Origin: a virus
Lineage: Duplodnaviria; Caudoviricetes
Strand: one strand, 5' to 3'
Length of the DNA stretch: 40,428 nucleotides
IMG/VR virus record: IMGVR_UViG_3300012665_000240
Span: 1-40,428 of that record
Shown piece after piece: positions 16,691 through 23,181 of the stretch. The notes beneath the pieces are model-generated. The model made no database searches. It had not been told where the DNA came from and saw nothing but the letters and a program-made list of their open reading frames with translations. Made by a program: the position numbers and the translations under genes. Numbering within the stretch: position 1 is the stretch's first letter; each line of letters begins with the position of its first letter.

Positions 16691-17287
16691 ATGACATCAA
16701 CAAAAGCAAAAAAAGCAGTGTCTAGCACTAAGAATTCACCTGTCACATCTCCAGCAATTACTAAGGCATGGGGAGAGATTGTTGAAATTTCAACCAAAGG
16801 CGAAAGCGCCACAATCGCGGCTGTCCTAGGGCTAGCCCGACAGATGCAAAAAAGCACGCTTTCAATTCGCGACATCCAAAAGGCAATCAAGGCAACAGGT
16901 CTCGAGTCTCCATTCGTAAAAGTCTCCCATGTCGAGGGTCTGCCAACCATGCTCGAAATGCAATCGGTTGCTGGTTTCGCGGAATTGCCTCTCTCGAAGC
17001 AATTAAGCACCGCTGTCGCATCCTATAAATTGCTAGGCGCTGGTGTAGGTGAGAAATTGCCTAGTCGCGAGGCGATTGAAAAAGAGGTCGCACGCGAGCG
17101 CAAAGAAAAGCACGCAAAGGCTGGCGCACCAAAAGAGGCAAAGGCACCAAAGGCACCAAAGGACACCTTGAAATCTATCCTCGCATTCATGACCGCGCTT
17201 AACCTCGCGGAGTTATCCGAAAATGAACTCGATACAATCGCGGAAATTCACGCGACAATCGAGAGCAAGGTTGGTGCAATGGCATAA
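16691..17287 (+). CDS. First early gene, Ala/Lys-rich helical protein of unknown function
   Basis: ORF 16610-17287; start placed at ATG 16691 after AAGGA; has its own promoter and terminator. Confidence 0.8.
   Translation: MTSTKAKKAVSSTKNSPVTSPAITKAWGEIVEISTKGESATIAAVLGLARQMQKSTLSIRDIQKAIKATGLESPFVKVSHVEGLPTMLEMQSVAGFAELPLSKQLSTAVASYKLLGAGVGEKLPSREAIEKEVARERKEKHAKAGAPKEAKAPKAPKDTLKSILAFMTALNLAELSENELDTIAEIHATIESKVGAMA
16825..16842 (+). repeat. 18-bp palindrome copy 3 (intragenic, degenerate left arm)
   Basis: CCTAGGGCTAGCCCGACA. Confidence 0.8.
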
Positions 17288-17301
17288 CCCAACCGAGAGA
17301 G

Positions 17302-17329
17302 AAGCCCCCGAGAAATCGGGGGTTTTTTT
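17302..17329 (+). terminator. Intrinsic terminator
   Basis: CCCCCGA-GAAA-TCGGGGG followed by T7, just after the stop at 17287. Confidence 0.9.
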
Positions 17330-17362
17330 CTGCCCTTTTTTTTTGCCCTCGCGCCCCACCCA

Positions 17363-17433
17363 ACACAAACCGAACGATGAATAGCACCGACCCGAAACCG
17401 ACACAAACTTTTGAACGAACGATGAATGGCACC
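17363..17433 (+). repeat. Intergenic direct repeat
   Basis: CGAACGATGAATRGCACC at 17371-17388 and 17416-17433, each preceded by ACACAAAC (17363, 17401). Confidence 0.8.
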
Positions 17434-17445
17434 AACGCGCAACAG

Positions 17446-17463
17446 TGTCGGGTTAGCCCGACA
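17446..17463 (+). repeat. 18-bp palindrome copy 4
   Basis: TGTCGGGTTAGCCCGACA. Confidence 0.95.
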
Positions 17464-17485
17464 GGTGACGAAGGATTTCAGGTGC

Positions 17486-17514
17486 TTGACCCATTGTTTT
17501 CTATGCCCTATACT
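17486..17514 (+). promoter_or_regulatory. Early promoter P2 (SigA/sigma70 type)
   Basis: TTGACC-17 nt-TATACT. Confidence 0.85.
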
Positions 17515-17559
17515 TAAGTTATTAGCGGGAGCCATGCCCCTGTTAATAACCAAACCTAG

Positions 17560-17577
17560 TGTCGGGCTAGCCCGACA
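17560..17577 (+). repeat. 18-bp palindrome copy 5
   Basis: TGTCGGGCTAGCCCGACA (perfect palindrome). Confidence 0.95.
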
Positions 17578-17592
17578 GAGAGTGAGTACGAA

Positions 17593-17724
17593 ATGAACCT
17601 AGATGAGTTAGTCGCTCACCTTGAGGTACGCACGAATGTCCTTGAGGAAGCAAACCGCATTGCTGAGCAAAAGCGCCGCAATGTTCAAGCAATGCTTGAA
17701 GCAAGCAACAAGGAGTCACAATGA
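17593..17724 (+). CDS. Micro-ORF, 43 aa, coiled-coil-like
   Basis: MNLDELVAHLEVRTNVLEEANRIAEQKRRNVQAMLEASNKESQ; first gene after P2; ATGA overlap with the next gene. Confidence 0.7.
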   Translation: MNLDELVAHLEVRTNVLEEANRIAEQKRRNVQAMLEASNKESQ

Positions 17725-17882
17725 ACGCATTTCAGAAGTCGCTTGATAATTACCTAATGGGTAATGACTATGAGCGCGAGTACGACTCATGCCTAGATGG
17801 GCATGAATGGAGTGGTGTTATGACAGACAGCAACGGCTCATTTAAGTTATGCAATGTGTGTGATGAAGAGGGTGTGGCATGA
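17721..17882 (+). CDS. Micro-ORF, 53 aa, C-x3-H...CxxC zinc-binding-like
   Basis: AAGGAG SD; ATGA coupling at both ends. Confidence 0.75.
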   Translation: MNAFQKSLDNYLMGNDYEREYDSCLDGHEWSGVMTDSNGSFKLCNVCDEEGVA

Positions 17883-17950
17883 ACGAGTTATTCATGCCCA
17901 TGATTGCCCTTTGCTGGCTTATCATTATTCTGATGATGGCAAAGTCATGA
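17879..17950 (+). CDS. Micro-ORF, 23-aa hydrophobic peptide
   Basis: MNELFMPMIALCWLIIILMMAKS; ATGA coupling. Confidence 0.5.
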   Translation: MNELFMPMIALCWLIIILMMAKS

Positions 17951-17960
17951 GTTATACGAA

Positions 17961-17989
17961 TTGACCCAATGTTTTCCCAATGCTAGAAT
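17961..17989 (+). promoter_or_regulatory. Early promoter P3 (SigA type, extended -10)
   Basis: TTGACC-17 nt-TAGAAT with TG at the extended position; shares TTGACCCAnTGTTTTC with P2. Confidence 0.85.
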
Positions 17990-18004
17990 TAAGACCTTAG
18001 CGGA

Positions 18005-18108
18005 TAGCCTACCCTGATTTGGGCAGGTGTTAGGCTGGTGGCTCACGATAGGCAGTTATGCGAGTGCAAGTCTCGCGGTGAGCGCGTGATAACAAAGCGT
18101 TATCATGT
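18005..18108 (+). ncRNA. Structured leader containing a tRNA-like acceptor/T-arm element
   Basis: Hairpin 18005-18037; GCTCAC/GTGAGC stem enclosing GCGAG-TGCAAGT-CTCGC; hairpin 18084-18108. Confidence 0.5.
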
Positions 18109-18123
18109 CGGGTTAGCCCGACA
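18106..18123 (+). repeat. 18-bp palindrome copy 6
   Basis: TGTCGGGTTAGCCCGACA, just before the GAAAGG SD. Confidence 0.95.
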
Positions 18124-18140
18124 GTACGAAAGGTAATGAG

Positions 18141-18347
18141 ATGCAATTGTTTAACTTGGAAATAAGTAAGTACGGCATTGACTTGCAGACTTACTTCGGT
18201 GACATTTACTTGTATCACCGAGCATGGATGCTTATTGCAGGCGTAGTCGTAGTGCTTCGCTTGGCTAAGATTATCCGTAAGAATAACAATAAGAAAATAT
18301 CTGATACATTCGTATCTGATACCGACACCGACCTATGGAGCAACTAA
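18141..18347 (+). CDS. Small membrane protein
   Basis: 68 aa, GAAAGG SD, one hydrophobic segment followed by basic residues. Confidence 0.75.
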   Translation: MQLFNLEISKYGIDLQTYFGDIYLYHRAWMLIAGVVVVLRLAKIIRKNNNKKISDTFVSDTDTDLWSN

Positions 18348-18532
18348 TGTACCCAACAGCAGACGAACTAATGGCAAACGGAATTTCCGACACAAACTTA
18401 TGGGAGTCCCGTCTCGACTATCAACTTGTCCAAGAAATTCTCGGGCATAGTCTATCGGAGGACGAATGGCACGACCTTGTGGATACACTTGACGATGTTG
18501 TATTCCAAACTGTTATGAGTTATCAGAGATGA
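18347..18532 (+). CDS. Small acidic hypothetical protein
   Basis: TAATG coupling at 18345-18349, GGAG SD; 61 aa. Confidence 0.75.
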   Translation: MYPTADELMANGISDTNLWESRLDYQLVQEILGHSLSEDEWHDLVDTLDDVVFQTVMSYQR

Positions 18533-18699
18533 TTACTGTGACATTTAGCGATGCTGAGGTGAACCTTGTGCGACAAGCACTGAGGGCTGAGCATGACCGC
18601 ATGGTGAAGCAAGGGTATGCAGGACTGGCAAAAGTAGTGGAAAGTGCCAGAGATACCCTAGCCAATGCCATAATTGACAAAAACTTAATCAAGCAGTAA
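18529..18699 (+). CDS. Micro-ORF, 56 aa, helical
   Basis: MITVTFSDAEVNLVRQALRAEH...; ATGA coupling; absent from the ORF track. Confidence 0.7.
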   Translation: MITVTFSDAEVNLVRQALRAEHDRMVKQGYAGLAKVVESARDTLANAIIDKNLIKQ

Positions 18700-18702
18700 G
18701 AT
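18674..18702 (+). promoter_or_regulatory. Early promoter P4 (SigA type)
   Basis: TTGACA-17 nt-TAAGAT. Confidence 0.85.
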
Positions 18703-18732
18703 TGGCTTATTGCAAATCGCAATGAGTTTCGT

Positions 18733-18750
18733 TGTCGGGTTAGCCCGACC
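18733..18750 (+). repeat. 18-bp palindrome copy 7
   Basis: TGTCGGGTTAGCCCGACC, just before the GAAAGG SD. Confidence 0.9.
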
Positions 18751-18768
18751 GACTAGAAAGGTAAGGCA

Positions 18769-20019
18769 ATGGCAGATAATGTTGATGATGTTATCAAGTA
18801 CCAAGAGTGTTCAGTATGTGATGCAGAAACTCAGACTGATGACTTAATCTACACCGCTTACAATGATGCAATCTGTAGTGATTGCATTATGACATGCGAG
18901 AGGTGCGACTTCATTGGCTCGACCAATGATGACTTTCACACAGTAAATGGTGATAGCATCTGGTGTGAGGCATGTACCGATAGACGAGCCTATTGGTGTG
19001 ACTCATGTAATGAGTATAATTCGCGTGGCACTTCGTATGTAGCAGATAGAAATGAGCATTGGTGCGAGAATTGCGTGGATAATGCTTACTACTGTGAGGA
19101 CTGTGATGAGTACAATGCTAGCGGTTGTGACAGGTGCTCGGAGGACATGTACAATGGTAGGCGTGTTATCCACGATTACTCTTATCGACCCGATGCTATC
19201 TTCCATAGCACCGACAAGAATGAGCGCCTGTACTTTGGGCTAGAGATAGAGGTAGAGGCTGTGCATAACGCATTCGAGTCCGCCTTGCACGCCTTCCCAT
19301 TAGAGGCTGCGGAGTTAGCCTATCTCAAGCATGATGGCTCGCTCAATGACGGCTTCGAGATAGTAACTCACCCTATGTCTCACGATTTCTTCAAGAATGA
19401 GGCTGACCAACTATGGGAAGTCTTGGAAGACTTACGCAGTAAGTCGGACATCAGAGTCAAGGCATGGGATACTACTACCTGTGGCTTGCACATTCACATC
19501 TCACGCACAGGCTTCAATGGTGGCGCACACATGCACCGCTTCCTAAATCTTGTCTACTCCAACCCCGACTTCTACTCAACCCTAGCAGGTCGTCAGTCTA
19601 GCCGATGGGCTAAGTTCGATGACATCTACCAGTCTGAGTACAAGCGTGATGCCAATGGTGAGCGTATCTGGACAGGTGGTGCATACGAGATTACTCAGAA
19701 GCGCACCTTTGCCCATAAGTTAGATGAAAACCGAGGTAGTGAACGCTATTCAGCAGTCAATACCAACAATACAGCAACACTAGAGATGCGTATCTTCCGA
19801 GGTACTGTCAATGGTGAAACTATCAAAGCACACTTAGACTTAGCACATGCCAGTGTTGAGTACACCCGAACCCTTACTGTGCGCGACATCCAAGAGGGTG
19901 CTCTTAGCGCAGACAACTTCATGTGGTATGTATTCCAGAATGAAGCGTTGTATCCAGAACTATCATCCCGTATAGATAAACTAGTCGTCGGGTTAGCCCG
20001 ACAGAATGTGAGCAAGTAG
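18769..20019 (+). CDS. Putative amidoligase (COOH-NH2 ligase, GS/GCS fold) with Cys-rich N-terminal repeats
   Basis: FGLEIEVE, KHDGSL...FEIVT.P, CGLHIH, RY.AVN, TLEMRIFRG motifs; eight CxxC pairs in the first ~125 aa. Confidence 0.85.
   Translation: MADNVDDVIKYQECSVCDAETQTDDLIYTAYNDAICSDCIMTCERCDFIGSTNDDFHTVNGDSIWCEACTDRRAYWCDSCNEYNSRGTSYVADRNEHWCENCVDNAYYCEDCDEYNASGCDRCSEDMYNGRRVIHDYSYRPDAIFHSTDKNERLYFGLEIEVEAVHNAFESALHAFPLEAAELAYLKHDGSLNDGFEIVTHPMSHDFFKNEADQLWEVLEDLRSKSDIRVKAWDTTTCGLHIHISRTGFNGGAHMHRFLNLVYSNPDFYSTLAGRQSSRWAKFDDIYQSEYKRDANGERIWTGGAYEITQKRTFAHKLDENRGSERYSAVNTNNTATLEMRIFRGTVNGETIKAHLDLAHASVEYTRTLTVRDIQEGALSADNFMWYVFQNEALYPELSSRIDKLVVGLARQNVSK
19986..20003 (+). repeat. 18-bp palindrome copy 8 (intragenic)
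   Basis: CGTCGGGTTAGCCCGACA. Confidence 0.9.
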
Positions 20020-20853
20020 ATGTGTCTCCTCGTTGTAGCCTCGCCTAATTCCACGCCTCGTAAGAAGGACTTGGAATGTGCATCATGTAATAATCCGCAT
20101 GGCTTCGGCTTTGCAGTCATCACGCCTAATGGCATTGTCACAGGTCGTGGCATGTCATCTAAGAAAGTAATCAAGAAATTCCTAGAAGTACGCAAGGAGT
20201 TTCCAAACAGTTATGCTATGTTCCATGCTCGCTATGCTACGCATGGTGTCAAGAATGAGGACAACTGTCACCCATTCAAGGTGCCTAATACTCACGATAC
20301 ATACCTAGCACACAATGGTATCCTTGACATTGACATCAAGGCTGGCGACAGACGGAGTGACACGCGTATCTTTGCAGAGGATACCTTGCCTGCTATGGGT
20401 GGTATCACAGCCCTTGATGATGACCATGTATGGGCTATGGTTAGCAAGTGGGCATCAGGTAGCAAGATTGCTATCTTCACCTTAGACCCTAGTGCTAAGG
20501 ATACATGCTACATTGTCAATGAGAACCTTGGCCATTGGGACAATGATGGCATGTGGTGGTCTAACACTACCTACAAGCAGTCTACATGGTCTACTTATCT
20601 AGGCACACCCAGTAAATCTAGCACGCTTGCGCTCAATGACGGGGGCTATGCTGAGGAGGTCGAGGAGTGTGCTCATTGCCAAGCGGTAGCCTTTGAAGAT
20701 GCTAATCCATACTACTGCGAGATGTGTATGACATGCTTCGACTGTGACGGTACTTACTCAGATACCTGCCTATGCTGGAACCCTGAGTCATCACGATACC
20801 CATACGACAAGAAAGGTAAGGTAGCCTACTATGACGGAACATTCGGATGGTAG
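20020..20853 (+). CDS. Class II (Ntn) glutamine amidotransferase with C-terminal Cys-rich region
   Basis: N-terminal MC, NPHGFG, HARYATHG, NCHPF, HNG and SDT motifs. Confidence 0.88.
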   Translation: MCLLVVASPNSTPRKKDLECASCNNPHGFGFAVITPNGIVTGRGMSSKKVIKKFLEVRKEFPNSYAMFHARYATHGVKNEDNCHPFKVPNTHDTYLAHNGILDIDIKAGDRRSDTRIFAEDTLPAMGGITALDDDHVWAMVSKWASGSKIAIFTLDPSAKDTCYIVNENLGHWDNDGMWWSNTTYKQSTWSTYLGTPSKSSTLALNDGGYAEEVEECAHCQAVAFEDANPYYCEMCMTCFDCDGTYSDTCLCWNPESSRYPYDKKGKVAYYDGTFGW

Positions 20854-21064
20854 TGTCGGGCTAGCCCGACAGGAGGTTGTCGTTAACCAACCAGCACCTA
20901 AGCAACAGGTCGCTGGCTGGATAACCTCGACACAAACTTCATCAGGCGAAGTAATCTACTACGGTTTCTTTGCTACGATAGAGCAAGCACAAGATTGGGC
21001 TAAGAACCTAATCACAGGGACAACGATAGAAGCCGTCTATCACCCTTCACATAACGCAGGATAG
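20831..21064 (+). CDS. Hypothetical protein
   Basis: 77 aa; start uncertain. Confidence 0.6.
   Translation: MTEHSDGSVGLARQEVVVNQPAPKQQVAGWITSTQTSSGEVIYYGFFATIEQAQDWAKNLITGTTIEAVYHPSHNAG
20854..20871 (+). repeat. 18-bp palindrome copy 9
   Basis: TGTCGGGCTAGCCCGACA directly after the amidotransferase stop. Confidence 0.95.
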
Positions 21065-21071
21065 GAGCGAC

Positions 21072-21224
21072 ATGACCACAGAACAGAAAGAGAAATTGCG
21101 GGAAGTCCTGATAGACTACCTGCAAGTATTGACCAGCACCACAGGACTGTACAAACCTGAGTATGAGTCTGTACAGAATGCACGCATAGCAGAGGTACGA
21201 TTACTACTAAGGGAGGTAGCATAA
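21072..21224 (+). CDS. Micro-ORF, 50 aa
   Basis: AGGAG SD; MTTEQKEKLREVLIDYL...; TAATG coupling to the next gene. Confidence 0.75.
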   Translation: MTTEQKEKLREVLIDYLQVLTSTTGLYKPEYESVQNARIAEVRLLLREVA

Positions 21225-21409
21225 TGGTAACTGGCAGAATAGTAAATAGCATACGAGTACGGGTAAAGTATGAAGAGTGGCTTACTATCGAAGATGTAGA
21301 GTCGGAAGACCAAGCACTCAAGATTGCGTACGACACCACAGTAGAGGAGTATGGTCAGGAGTTTGCCGATTATGCCATATTTGACCTAGAACAGGAGGTT
21401 AGCGCATGA
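21224..21409 (+). CDS. Small acidic hypothetical protein
   Basis: 61 aa, GGAGG SD. Confidence 0.75.
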   Translation: MVTGRIVNSIRVRVKYEEWLTIEDVESEDQALKIAYDTTVEEYGQEFADYAIFDLEQEVSA

Positions 21410-21534
21410 GTTACGAACCGCCATTAGATGACGACATAGCACTAGGTAGAGACGACGAATTCTGCGACGATTGCGGATACCTCATGAGTGAAGATGAATG
21501 CGGCGAACCAGATAGGATGTGGGGAGATGATTAG
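21406..21534 (+). CDS. Micro-ORF, 42 aa, very acidic with CxxC
   Basis: GGAGG SD, ATGA coupling; MSYEPPLDDDIALG... Confidence 0.7.
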   Translation: MSYEPPLDDDIALGRDDEFCDDCGYLMSEDECGEPDRMWGDD

Positions 21535-21934
21535 TCAATTACGCGGTAGTTGTACCAATGATGACAATCCAGATGCATGGTTTCCAACTGTGCCTAATGG
21601 TGGCAGACCCGACACTATTCTAAGACGAATGGTGCCAGAGATTAAGTACGCCATCAACATGTGCAGGTCATGTCCGATACGGGAGAAGTGTCTAGAGGAA
21701 GGCATGAAGCCTGAGAACCTAGCGTATGGTATCTGGGGTGGTATGCTTGCTGGTCAAAGAATAGCAATGGCTAAAGAGAGAGGTCTCGACTATCGTGTCG
21801 ACCCTTACAATACAGGACGAAAGGTTCGTTCAAGATACAACGATGAGGTTGGTCCAAGTCGTAAAGTTACTTCCGATGAAGAGGAAGCAGCGACGATGTT
21901 TGCGAAGCGGATTAGACCATACTTAGAGGGGTAA
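21527..21934 (+). CDS. whiB: WhiB-family Fe-S transcription factor
   Basis: C...CxxC-x5-C and GIWGG motif; start placed at ATG 21527. Confidence 0.9.
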   Translation: MISQLRGSCTNDDNPDAWFPTVPNGGRPDTILRRMVPEIKYAINMCRSCPIREKCLEEGMKPENLAYGIWGGMLAGQRIAMAKERGLDYRVDPYNTGRKVRSRYNDEVGPSRKVTSDEEEAATMFAKRIRPYLEG

Positions 21935-21935
21935 T

Positions 21936-22325
21936 ATGTATAAAAAGATAGCACTGTTGCTTGTTATCGTAATAGCGTTAGGCGTATCTAATCGTCGGGC
22001 TAGCCCGACAGAGAAGCCTATGCCAGTACGAGAATGGACTATTGCCGATAGCAAGGCTTATGCACATGATGTAGTACAATCGTGGGCTGATAATCAGTAT
22101 CTATGTCTAGAGAAACTATGGAAAAAAGAGTCTAATTGGAGGGCTGATGCTTACAATAAGGTCAAGGTAATGGGCAAGAATGCTGGCGGTATCCCACAGA
22201 TACTAGGGCTAGACCCTACAACGCCAGCACCATTGCAGATAGATAGAGGGTTCAAATATATTATGCATCGCTATGGCACACCATGCATGGCGTTAAAATT
22301 CCATCAGAAGAAAGGTTGGTACTAA
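21936..22325 (+). CDS. Secreted or membrane-anchored lysozyme-like lytic transglycosylase (SLT/Rpf-like)
   Basis: Signal peptide, catalytic ES (KKESNW), GIPQ, YI..RYG.PC, C-terminal GWY. Confidence 0.8.
   Translation: MYKKIALLLVIVIALGVSNRRASPTEKPMPVREWTIADSKAYAHDVVQSWADNQYLCLEKLWKKESNWRADAYNKVKVMGKNAGGIPQILGLDPTTPAPLQIDRGFKYIMHRYGTPCMALKFHQKKGWY
21993..22010 (+). repeat. 18-bp palindrome copy 10 (intragenic)
   Basis: CGTCGGGCTAGCCCGACA. Confidence 0.9.
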
Positions 22326-22462
22326 TGTCAGTTTATTTATTCAATGTAATGGAAACTTATAAAGTAATTGCCGACAATCAAGAGCAAGCGCAAGAATATT
22401 TAGACAGTGGGGTAGGCGAATTACAAGATAGGGATACACTATTAGTGGAGGTAAATGACTAA
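22325..22462 (+). CDS. Micro-ORF, 45 aa
   Basis: TAATG coupling at both ends. Confidence 0.65.
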   Translation: MSVYLFNVMETYKVIADNQEQAQEYLDSGVGELQDRDTLLVEVND

Positions 22463-22638
22463 TGGCATCATACGAGTATGCGTGTAAAGCCGACGGCTCG
22501 ACACAAACTATTCAACGCGGAATGACGGAGGACGAAATCATCCCGTATTGTGACATCTGTAATGACTTGATGGCTAGGGTGTACAGCGCGCCACCAGTTA
22601 AGTTCAACGGCTCAGGCTTCTACTCGACAGGAGGGTAA
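22462..22638 (+). CDS. FmdB-family zinc-ribbon protein, 58 aa
   Basis: YEYAC...CDIC...VKFNGSGFYST pattern; GGAGG SD. Confidence 0.8.
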   Translation: MASYEYACKADGSTQTIQRGMTEDEIIPYCDICNDLMARVYSAPPVKFNGSGFYSTGG

Positions 22639-22752
22639 ATGAAAGATGAAGAGATGCAGAAACTACAAAACGAAATTAGTGAAGGTGTCGAAGAATACTT
22701 TGAAAGTTACGACTGGGATACCGCATGGAAAAAGTACATGGAGGATAAATGA
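22639..22752 (+). CDS. Micro-ORF, 37 aa, acidic
   Basis: GGAGG SD; ATGA coupling to the next gene. Confidence 0.7.
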   Translation: MKDEEMQKLQNEISEGVEEYFESYDWDTAWKKYMEDK

Positions 22753-23174
22753 AAAATAGCAACTGGGACTTAGACTATAGGGATGGTATGGCAGGTGAGA
22801 GTAAGGTAGCCGACCTACTTCACATGGATACTGTAGAAGTCAAGACCGATAGGAAATGGGTGCAGACAGGTAATCTGTACATCGAAACGGAATGCTACTA
22901 TGTTAACGAGGATGCTTGGAAGCCATCTGGCATCAGAGTTAGCAATGCTACGCATTGGGGGTTCGTACTAGAGGACTCGGTGCTTATAGTTCCATTGCAC
23001 AGACTCAAGGAGATTGTATGGGAGAGTGGCAGACCTATCACCTGCAACATCCCACCCAATCCATCAAGAGGCTATCTCATAACTCCTGGACAGTTAATAG
23101 AACATATCCGACTTGCCAGAGGCAGGGAGATTGCTGAACACGAAGAACATGAGCGATGGGAGACTTATGGATAA
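22749..23174 (+). CDS. Restriction-endonuclease-fold (PD-(D/E)xK-like) protein
   Basis: GE..V...VEVKTD...GNLYIE motifs. Confidence 0.65.
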   Translation: MKNSNWDLDYRDGMAGESKVADLLHMDTVEVKTDRKWVQTGNLYIETECYYVNEDAWKPSGIRVSNATHWGFVLEDSVLIVPLHRLKEIVWESGRPITCNIPPNPSRGYLITPGQLIEHIRLARGREIAEHEEHERWETYG

Positions 23175-23181
23175 AGAGACA

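Noticed and set aside
17593-17724. 43-aa peptide as a Pup mimic (LDEL...VLEE, terminal Q)
   Set aside because: No GG[QE] terminus and the similarity is within what helical acidic peptides share; no ORF examined ends in GGQ or GGE
18041-18084. Canonical tRNA gene
   Set aside because: No D or anticodon arm and no CCA; kept only as a tRNA-like element
16510-22010. Palindrome set as a CRISPR array
   Set aside because: Repeat is only 18 bp, spacing is irregular (70 to over 1200 bp), copies lie within genes, and there is no cas operon; the Cas4-like gene sits in the replication module
22203-22220. CTAGGGCTAGACCCTACA as a degenerate copy
   Set aside because: Needs an insertion plus several mismatches
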